NCBI GenBank assembly: GCA_964016885.1
Contig: OZ024754.1
Span: forward strand, 39,494,001-39,558,000
Direction of reading: 5' to 3'
From: Eledone cirrhosa
Taxonomy: Eukaryota
Length of the DNA: 64,000 nucleotides
Shown here in pieces: positions 14,949 to 64,000 of the stretch (the stretch's first letter is position 1; the number at the start of each line of letters is the position of its first letter). The notes beneath the pieces are model-generated. The model saw nothing but the letters and a program-made list of their open reading frames with translations, was not told where the DNA came from and did not search any database. Made by a program: the position numbers and the translations under genes.

Positions 14949-15728
14949 TGATGAAACATATATATATAAAACCGTAGTAACATACACACACGTATATAGA
15001 GGGATATTAAAAGATTTTCTGCCCAACGTTAAGCTTTCACTGTTTCAGTAAAAGCTCAACTGTAGGGCATAATTTCAGTCTCAACTTGTTATTTTATTGT
15101 CATCAGAACTAAAGTGTGCTTTCTTCCCTGTATCGGTTTTTATTAAAGGTAACCTTCATTATAGCTTTGAGAATCCTCTGCATATATATATATATATATA
15201 TATTCCGATGACCTGATCAGAGACAGACACTGTATTTAAGGTCGTGTGACGCAACTTCGAGTGATTAGCAGCCTCTAGACTCACCTGATCTATGAAACAA
15301 TTGTTAATACTGTAAATAAAACCATTTTTGTAGAGCCGACCATGTTGTTCTTCACTCTTTCACTATCATCACTATCATCATCATCATCATCGTTTAACGT
15401 CTATCTTCCATGCTAGCATGGGTTAGACGGGAGTTGTCCCAATTTGAGGCAAGGTTGGTAGGGTGACCGCGTCTCGCTTGTATATATATAAAAAAATATA
15501 TATATATATCCAAACCCATGCAAGCATGGAAGATGGACGTTAAACGATGATGATGATATATATATATATATATATACTTACGATTCTACCTGTGTACATA
15601 TTTTTCCATAGAATATGTATTTGGTATATATACGATATACCGTGTTTCTTGTGCCATATATGGCTCTTTCTCTCTCTCTCTATATATACATATATTAACA
15701 TGTGTTGAAACAGATATTGTTATACTTT

Positions 15729-16752
15729 GGGAGGGTCGTGCTGCCATCAAGATCGGAGGGTCGTGCTGTCATCAAGAAGAGAGGGTCGTGCTGTCATCAA
15801 GAAGGGAGGGTTGTGCTGTCATCAAGAAGGGAGGGTCGTGCTGCCATCAAGAAGGGAGGGTCGTGCTGCCATCAAGAAGGGAGGGTCGTGCTGCCATCAA
15901 GAAGGGAGGGTCGTGCTGCCATCAAGAAGGGAGGGTCGTGCTGTCATCAAGAAGGGAGGGTCGTGCTGCCATCAAGAAGGGAGGGTCGTGCTGCCATCAA
16001 GAAGGGAGGGTCGTGCTGCCATCAAGAAGGGAGGGTCGTGCTGCCATCAAGATCGGAGGGTCGTGCTGCCATCAAGAAGAGAGGGTCGTGCTGCCATCAA
16101 GAAGGGAGGGTCGTGCTGCCATCAAGAAGGGAGGGTCGTGCTGCCATCAAGAAGGGAGGGTCGTGCTGCCGTCAAGAAGGGAGGGTCGTGCTGCTATCAA
16201 GAAGGGAGGGTCGTGCTGCCATCAAGAAGGGAGGGTCGTGCTGTCATCAAGAAGGGAGGGTCGTGCTGCTATCAAGAAGGGAGGGTCGTGCTGCCATCAA
16301 GAAGAGAGGGTCGTGCTGCCATCAAGAAGGGAGGGTCGTGCTGCCATCAAGAAGGGAGGGTCGTGCTGTCATCAAGAAGGGAGGGTCGTGCTGCTATCAA
16401 GAAGGGAGGGTCGTGCTGCCATCAAGAAGGGAGGGTCGTGCTGTCATCAAGAAGGGAGGGTCGTGCTGCTATCAAGAAGGGAGGGTCGTGCTGCCATCAA
16501 GAAGAGAGGGTCGTGCTGCCATCAAGAAGGGAGGGTCGTGCTGTCATCAAGAAGGGAGGGTCGTGCTGCTATCAAGAAGGGAGGGTCGTGCTGCCATCAA
16601 GAAGGGAGGGTCGTGCTGCCATCAAGAAGGGAGGGTCGTGCTGCCATCAAGAAGGGAGGGTCGTGCTGCCATCAAGAAGGGAGGGTCGTGCTGCCATCAA
16701 GATCGGAGGGTCGTGCTGCCATCAAGAAGGGAGGGTCGTGCTGTCATCAAGA
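15729..16752 (+). repeat. 21-bp minisatellite (GGGAGGGTCGTGCTGCCATCAAGAA-type), about 49 copies
   Basis: Direct reading; explains the three overlapping repetitive ORFs. Confidence 0.95.
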
Positions 16753-16917
16753 GTGGTATCTGTTTATCGAAAAAACTGCCCATCAAAATATCTTGTCCGA
16801 ACCATGAAAGGATGTTGCTGTTGATGACGACAATGATGACAATGACGATGATGATGATGATGATGATAACGATGGAAATGTTTATAACTACAGACACACA
16901 ATTAACACCACTTTAAC

Positions 16918-18914
16918 GAGAGAGAGGGTGATAATGAGAGAGAGGGTGATAACGAGAGAGGGTGATAACGAGAGAGAGGGTGATAACGAGAGAGAGGGTG
17001 ATAATGAGAGAGAGGGTGATAATGAGAGAGGGTGATAACGAGAGAGAGGGTGATAACGAGAGAGGGTGATAACGAGAGAGAGGGTGATAACGAGAGAGAG
17101 GGTGATAATGAGAGAGGGTGATAATGAGAGAGAGGGTGATAACGAGAGAGAGGGTGATAATGAGAGAGGGTGATAATGAGAGAGGGTGATAATGAGAGAG
17201 AGGGTGATAACGAGAGAGAGGGTGATAATGAGAGAGAGGGTGATAATGAGAGAGGGTGATAACGAGAGAGAGGGTGATAACGAGAGAGGGTGATAACGAG
17301 AGAGAGGGTGATAACGAGAGAGAGGGTGATAATGAGAGAGGGTGATAATGAGAGAGAGGGTGATAACGAGAGAGAGGGTGATAATGAGAGAGGGTGATAA
17401 TGAGAGAGGGTGATAATGAGAGAGAGGGTGATAACGAGAGAGGGTGATAACGAGAGAGAGGGTGATAATGAGAGAGGGTGATAACGAGAGAGAGGGTGAT
17501 AATGAGAGAGGGTGATAACGAGAGAGAGGGTGATAACGAGAGAGGGTGATAACGAGAGAGAGGGTGATAACGAGAGAGAGGGTGATAATGAGAGAGGGTG
17601 ATAATGAGAGAGAGGGTGACAACGAGAGAGGGTGATAACGAGAGAGAGGGTGATAATGAGAGAGGGTGATAATGAGAGAGGGTGATAATGAGAGAGAGGG
17701 TGATAACGAGAGAGAGGGTGATAACGAGAGAGAGGGTGATAATGAGAGAGAGGGTGATAATGAGAGAGGGTGATAACGAGAGAGAGGGTGATAACGAGAG
17801 AGGGTGATAACGAGAGAGAGGGTGATAACGAGAGAGAGGGTGATAATGAGAGAGGGTGATAATGAGAGAGAGGGTGATAACGAGAGAGAGGGTGATAATG
17901 AGAGAGGGTGATAATGAGAGAGGGTGATAATGAGAGAGAGGGTGATAACGAGAGAGAGGGTGATAATGAGAGAGAGGGTGATAATGAGAGAGGGTGATAA
18001 CGAGAGAGAGGGTGATAACGAGAGAGGGTGATAACGAGAGAGAGGGTGATAACGAGAGAGAGGGTGATAATGAGAGAGGGTGATAATGAGAGAGAGGGTG
18101 ATAACGAGAGAGAGGGTGATAATGAGAGAGGGTGATAATGAGAGAGGGTGATAATGAGAGAGAGGGTGATAACGAGAGAGGGTGATAACGAGAGAGAGGG
18201 TGATAATGAGAGAGGGTGATAACGAGAGAGAGGGTGATAATGAGAGAGGGTGATAACGAGAGAGAGGGTGATAACGAGAGAGGGTGATAACGAGAGAGAG
18301 GGTGATAACGAGAGAGAGGGTGATAATGAGAGAGGGTGATAATGAGAGAGAGGGTGACAACGAGAGAGGGTGATAACGAGAGAGAGGGTGATAATGAGAG
18401 AGGGTGATAATGAGAGAGGGTGATAATGAGAGAGAGGGTGATAACGAGAGAGAGGGTGATAACGAGAGAGAGGGTGATAATGAGAGAGAGGGTGATAATG
18501 AGAGAGGGTGATAACGAGAGAGAGGGTGATAACGAGAGAGGGTGATAACGAGAGAGAGGGTGATAATGAGAGAGAGGGTGATAACGAGAGAGGGTGATAA
18601 CGAGAGAGGGTGATAACGAGAGAGAGGGTGATAACGAGAGGGGGTGATAACGAGAGAGGGTGATAACGAGAGAGGGTGATAACGAGAGAGAGGGTGATAA
18701 CGAGAGAGAGGGTGATAACGAGAGAGGGTGATAACGAGAGAGAGGGTGATAACGAGAGAGAGGGTGATAATGAGAGAGGGTGATAATGAGAGAGAGGGTG
18801 ATAACGAGAGAGGGTGATAACGAGAGAGAGGGTGATAACGAGAGAGAGGGTGATAATGAGAGAGGGTGATAACGAGAGAGAGGGTGATAACGAGAGAGAG
18901 GGTGATAACGAGAC
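16918..18914 (+). repeat. 16/18-bp minisatellite (GA)n-GGGTGATAAY, about 2 kb
   Basis: Direct reading. Confidence 0.95.
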
Positions 18915-19007
18915 TGATGAGTTACGACACACTGATATTGTATAACTGGAATGTTTGTTTAATATTTTTATTAGATGTTACCATAGTTTCAAATATAAAA
19001 ATTGATT

Positions 19008-19047
<40 letters not shown>

Positions 19048-19049
19048 CA

Positions 19050-19490
19050 CCCAGCACTCACTGTAAATGAGGTTGGTGTTAGGAAGGGCATCCAGCTGTA
19101 GAAATCAAGCCAGAATCAGTTCCCGTCCCACCCTTGCAAGCAGGGAAAAAGCGGACATAAATGACGATATATATATATATCGAAAGGTTGTGAGTTCAAT
19201 TCTCAGACCAGGTGATGTGTTGTTTCCTTGAACAAGACACTTTATTTCACATTGCTCCAGTTTACTCAGCTGTAGAAATGAGATGATAGGACTGGGGTCC
19301 CTATCATTCCACTGCAAAGTGGTCGTGGAGGTGCCACGGCAAAAAAGCACCCAGTACTCACTGTATCTGAGGTTGGTGTTAGGAATGGCATCCAGCTGTA
19401 GAAATCAAGCCAGAATCAGTTCCCGTCCCACCCTTGCAAGCAGGGAAAAAGCGGACGTAAAATAAAATGATGAAAAAAAAAAAAATGATG
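19050..19490 (+). mobile_element. Two tandem partial SINE family A copies
   Basis: 3' part repeated at 19050-19170 and 19350-19490. Confidence 0.8.
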
Positions 19491-19945
19491 ATATATATAT
19501 ATATATATATATGCATACATGCAAACATACACCTATATACATATACATATATATACATACACCTATATATACATATGCATATATATACATACACACTCAT
19601 TCAAATATATATATATACACACATATATACATACATATATATATATATATACACACATATATACATACATATATATATATATATACACACATATATACAT
19701 ACATATATACATATATATACACACTCATTCAGGTATATATATATATATATAATATACATATATACATATATATATATGCATACATACACCTATATACATA
19801 CATACACACACACACATGTATATATACATACACACTCATTCATATATATAAGCACAGATTTAAGGTTTGAGCATACAATTTCTGCTTTCACCCTTATATG
19901 GGATATACAACTCTTCTTGAGTCTTCTCTTGATTTTGGTATAGTA

Positions 19946-19951
19946 TTTATT
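19946..19951 (-). promoter_or_regulatory. Candidate polyadenylation signal for CMTR1
   Basis: AATAAA on the minus strand about 170 nt past the stop; AT-rich context makes chance occurrence likely. Confidence 0.3.
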
Positions 19952-20118
19952 ATTATTACAATATATATATATACATGCACACATATATATATATACATAC
20001 ACACATATATATATATACATACACACATATATATATATATAGGGTTAATAAAATAATAGATGTGGGGGTGGGGGGTATTTTTCTTGTAGAAAGAAAATAT
20101 AAATGGAATCAATCATTC

Positions 20119-59305
<39,187 letters not shown>

Positions 59306-60122
59306 TTTCAAAAGCGTGAAATTGTTTTCATAACATTCGTAACCAAAACATCCTCCATTAGCTTTCTACAGATGTTTGTCTCTCAGTTATCTCCCTTGGT
59401 GACCTGACCTTTCTATTCATTTCCTCTTATCAAGCTATAATTATCTCCTACAAAATACCAAACAACTTAGAAACTCTACCATCTTTGGGAAATACCCACA
59501 CCTAAATTTGGCACTCAACATGATGTAAACAAAATAACGGTTTTCTTTTTGTTAGTTATTATTGTTTTCATTAGTTTCACTTCTTTTAGTCCCGAGATAG
59601 AATTTGTCCCCTCCCTACTTCATCTAGTCTCTTATTTACTTATCCACTTGTATTGATATAAGTGATTTTATGACTTTCTTGTAAGCATTGTGTCATTATA
59701 TATGTTATTATAAACGTGAATAAATTATATTATTATTGACAGTCTAGTTGTTTTTCCTTCTTTCTGACTCTTTTTTTTATTGATTTATTTGTTTTGTAAA
59801 GCGTAAACATATGAATTGTTTGTCTGATAAAAACTGAAATGCCAGTTGATTGTCTAGTACTCTGCTGAAATTCCAGAGATACAGAGTTCGGTTTTCCGTA
59901 ACAGCTGCTGTCCACTTTTCTCCGTCTCTCTGGGTATTTTACCCGATTTTCTTAGCTATTATTTATAGCGATCAACTGTTGTAACAGTTATTTTCTGTTT
60001 GGGATTCCTACATTTCATATGGCTGACTAAACAGATGTGCTTTCTTTCCGTAAAAGTCTTTTTTCCGTTTCTTCCTCTTCTCACACTCGTCTATCTTTTT
60101 ATTTCTTCTATCTCTCATTTTA

Positions 60123-60158
60123 TCTTCTAATGAAAGACAAATGTCCGAAACGTTAAGA
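60123..60158 (+). ncRNA. Degenerate minimal hammerhead motif
   Basis: tctt-CUAAUGA (G>A in core)-aagacaaatgtcc-GAAA-cg-UU-aaga. Confidence 0.35.
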
Positions 60159-60898
60159 CTCTTTTCCTATTATATCAAGCGTTAATATATCTTTAGTGTA
60201 CTGTATCGTTCCCCTGTGTTGTTTTTCTATTATTTTTCACACACACACATACATATCACGCATTGTGCCATTAAGCAAGTTATTTCACGTTGCTTCAGTC
60301 CGCTCAGCTAACAAAAATGAGCTGTACCTGTAATTCAAGGGACCAGCCTTGTCATATATTGTGTCATGTTGAACCCCCATGAGATCTATATAAGGGTGCA
60401 TGCATCTGTGGCATGCTCAGCCACATACACGTGAATGTCACGAACAGGTAGTTCTGTTGATAGAATCAACCGAAGCACTCGTCGTCGGGAACGACAGAGG
60501 TCCAATTTGACGATTAATATACAACGTCGTACATGAAATGCAGACAAAATGAAAATGAAAGTTGCCTGATTTTTCGTATTAAATCTTCGCCGCTTGGTTT
60601 TTCTTAATTCGATAAACTGAAATATTAACTTGTAGAAAACATTTTTTTAAAGAATTAGCTCGAAACAATCGGATATGGCCCCCTAGAAAAGATAGAACCT
60701 TGAATAAGGCTGGGATAAGCCCGCTTCATTTAGTTTAATTTTATAACCTAAAGCGAAACTATTCTCAGCTTATTGTTACAAGGCGAAGTAGTTAAAAGAT
60801 CGGTTAGTCATAAGGTTGTGTTGTTAGACGGCCATGTCAGAAAACCAGTTAATTGGGAGCAGCACTTAGTAGAAGGCATTTCTTCTATATATACACTT

Positions 60899-61550
60899 TC
60901 ACTTCCTTCTTCCGAAATAATCTTTACTCTTTTTTCCCCTGAAATCACTTTTAATATCATTTTTCCTAGAAAATGACTTACATTTTCCGTGGAAAGAGAA
61001 AACAAACTATCATAAAATAATTCAAACTTAAGTGTCACTACGGCAAAAGATCCAGGAGTAGACTCCGAGCAAGATGACTGGATAACATCCATGAGCTTGG
61101 CTTTGTCTCGCCTGGGGATCCAACCGGATCAGTTGGAGACGGTTGTTTCTGACAGGACCCGCTGTAGGGAGTGTTTGAGGACTCTGCTACTACGACCCTC
61201 TCAGGGATAAGTGGGCGAAGAAGAGGTGTGATTACGATGTCTTTAACTGATGGTGAATGGTGAGAAAATATTAGTTTAGAGTGGATTTAGATATTATAGA
61301 GACAACTAATGCTAACATGGCAGGAATGATATTGAGACGACTCCCTGAATAATATTGATGACTCATTTATTATTTTACTTTTGTACATATAACAGATCTG
61401 TCATGTCCCCGTCCGACGGGGGAGATGTCCCATCCACTTTAGGGTGGGTGATCTTGTGAAAATGGGTATAGCTTTCATTATGTAAAATCTCCCCGTTGTG
61501 AGGCACTTTTTTCATGGTACTCCCTGTTTGGGTTTTAGAGGTTGGCAGGT
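60899..61550 (-). CDS. Possible last two coding exons (61379-61550, 60899-60965) of an unidentified upstream gene
   Basis: cag|DLPTSKTQ...DLLYVQ AA|gtaaaa ... ttttctag|G KNDIKSDFRGKKSKDYFGRRK*; phases compatible, no recognisable domain. Confidence 0.25.
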
Positions 61551-61899
61551 CTGATATAAACACAATTTATGTAATATATATAATTGTTTCTACTTTAGGC
61601 ACAAGGCCAGCAATTACCCAGTGCATTACTGGTACTTTATTTTATCGACCCCGTAAGGATGAAAGGCAAAGTCAACCTCGGCGGGATTTGAACTCAGATA
61701 GTAATATATATAATGAATATGAAATATTCAAGAGAGACAAATCAATAGAACTCAATCTTAGAAAAAGGAAGTAGCATTACAAAAGACTATAAATGAGAGG
61801 GAAATAGGCAAGGGTTATTAAACAACAACAGAAAGAAGTGGAGAGGGTGACAGACTTTACTCTTAAGACAGAGCAGTGATTCAGCAGTATTCCACGGAG

Positions 61900-62275
61900 A
61901 AAATAATAAAAGCCTTGCTGTGGACAATGACCATCGAGACGTTCTGCAACAGCCACCCCACCTTGCGGGGCTCCTTCCTCAGACAGGCCATTTTCAGTCT
62001 AATTTTCTAGAGGACGCCTGACCAGTACAGAGGAAATGGCTGGACAAACCCCAGTATTTGCTTATCTTCCTGTCCTCAGCATTGTGGGTCACAGTGCCAT
62101 TCTTTGTGGCTGAAGTGACTAGATGGAGCAGAAAATGTGTCACAGCATGATGCGTTCCAGAAAAGGGATTTACCTACCTCAAATGGGAAGAGGGTAATTC
62201 TGTTGGGGCACTTGCCATCTGTATGGTTGAGGCTTAATGGTTCCAGTTGTGATGGGAAGCCATTTATTGTATTCA
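61900..62275 (-). pseudogene. Degraded restriction-like endonuclease domain of a CRE-type non-LTR retrotransposon
   Basis: PSQLEPLSLNHTDGKCPNRITLFPFEVGKSLFWNASCCDTFS...AEDRKISKY...EPR..WLLQNVSMVI resembles EPxGLxRxDGKRPDGxTLxPWxxGKxLxWD...AExxKxxKY...QRISxAI. Confidence 0.7.
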
Positions 62276-62419
62276 GAATTGTTTTTTCTAACTTTTTATT
62301 TGAGATGGAACCAGACTGGATGTTCAACATCCAGCCTCTGATCAAATCTTCACCACCAGAAAAATTCACTGGCCAGCCTGGAGCTCCAAGCTGATGTAGC
62401 TAATGGAAATTTGCATCAT

Positions 62420-62748
62420 TTCATTTTATGTCCGTTTTTCCCTGCTTGCAAGGGTGGGACGGGAACTGATTCTGGCTTGATTTCTACAGCTGGATGCCCT
62501 TCCTAACACCAACCTCATTTACAGTGAGTGCTGGGTGCTTTTTTTGCCATGGTGCCTACACATCCACTTTGCAGTGGAATGATAGGGACCCCAGTCCCTA
62601 TCATCTCATTTCTACAGCTGAGTAAACTGGAGCAATGTGAAATAAAGTGTCTTGCTCAAGGAAACAACACATCACCCGGTCTGAGAATTGAACCCGCAAC
62701 CTTTCAATTGCAAGGCCAATGCTCTAACCACTAAGCCATGCGCCTCCA
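62420..62748 (-). mobile_element. tRNA-derived SINE (family A)
   Basis: Reverse complement of the 46122 copy. Confidence 0.85.
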
Positions 62749-63411
62749 TCAACCTAGAAAATCAAAGTGGGGACAACAGGAATTAAAGATTCAATGCCTC
62801 AAAAGGTAATTCAAATCTTACTGGTGTGGACCTTTTCATTTGCTGTGAAGTGGACAATAACATATGTACTAGTGATCAACTGGAATCTATGCTTCTCCAA
62901 CAAAGTTTGACCTCATTTATAGTCAAAACAAATGTACATATGTCAGAAATCACAATTAAATAAATCAGTATTAAACTGTTTTGAAAATAATCTGTTATAA
63001 TGTGAAAGTAGTTCTGGTTTGGAGTGAATTGGGGGTGTTTATGTATATGTACATGGTAATGAAACTGGCAAAATAAAGAAGAATTCCTCCCCGAGAGTAA
63101 AGTGTCAGTGTAGTTGAATAAGTTAACAGATAGAGGACCCATCACATTCTTTCAAATGATCAGAGGGTTCCTTAGTTAACTATCTTCTTTTACCTCTTGA
63201 GTGGAATAAGTTCAAAGAAGTATTACCTTATCTTTCTCAAGGGTAGATTGTATGATGGTGTATGTTTTATAATTAGGCGGGAAGGGATTAAAAGGAACCT
63301 TAATAGCAACAAGTAGTAAAAACAGACATTTTAAACAAAATTCAGCATGCCAACGAAACTTTGAAGTCAGTCAAATTGTATTTCGTTTGAAAATGTTATA
63401 TAAAATGATTG

Positions 63412-63445
<34 letters not shown>

Positions 63446-64000
63446 ATATGGTAATGAAACTGGCAAAATAAAGGGGAATTGGAGGGGTTTATGGTAATGA
63501 GACAAAATAAAGAGGTATTGAATTCAAACATGAAAGTTTCTTTATCTCTATCAAAGGTTTGTAAATGATTAATTTCTGGTTCTCTATTTTTTAAATATTA
63601 GAAACAATTGTCAACCCCACACCTAATATTCCCCCTCCATATACACGCACACATGTATATCATGACTCATACGCTGTCACTCTCCTGACATTTGTATATT
63701 ATTCTATGTACTATACATGCACCTTTGACGAGTTGTAGTGCACCTGAGCACTGTACATAATAATTTCATTATTATCATTATTATTAAATTTAAAATGTGT
63801 GGCACGTTTAAAGAAAAGATACGCATTATTATTGTAGATTGGTAGGTAGAGGGTTGGACGCCATGCTTCGCTGCAGAGTTATGGCCCTTTACAGTCTGAG
63901 TTCAAATCCCGTTGAAGTTAACTTTGCCTTTCATCCTTACGGGGGTCGATAAAATAAAGTACCAGTAATACACTGGGATAATTGCTGGCCTTGTGCCAAA

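Noticed and set aside
15702-16916. Three overlapping 339-404 aa ORFs
   Set aside because: Translation of a stop-free 21-bp minisatellite; no splice or domain evidence
16888-18932. 490 and 676 aa minus-strand ORFs
   Set aside because: Translation of the 16/18-bp minisatellite

Overview
AT-rich, microsatellite-dense eukaryotic DNA; the repeat landscape suggests a coleoid cephalopod such as Octopus (inference). The ORF track is almost all artefact from simple and tandem repeats. The real gene is a spliced minus-strand CMTR1 (cap1 2'-O-ribose methyltransferase: G-patch, RrmJ/FtsJ MTase, GTase-like and WW domains). I assembled 23 in-phase GT-AG coding exons from 53295 to the stop at 20119, plus a candidate first exon at 59275-59305 (2751 nt, about 916 aa in total), with an apparent internal duplication of an N-terminal exon. 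Introns and flanks hold tRNA-derived SINEs, TTAA/piggyBac-type, hAT and Tc2-type MITEs, RTE, CR1, CRE and Helitron remnants, and many minisatellites, several visibly born from transposon sequence. The most notable unannotated signal is a set of minimal type-I hammerhead ribozyme motifs and half-motifs in short Penelope-like (retrozyme-like) pieces sitting in (TA)n tracts. Many of these pieces form long fold-back palindromes that appear to have been generated locally. All calls are from manual reading; nothing was searched or folded computationally.
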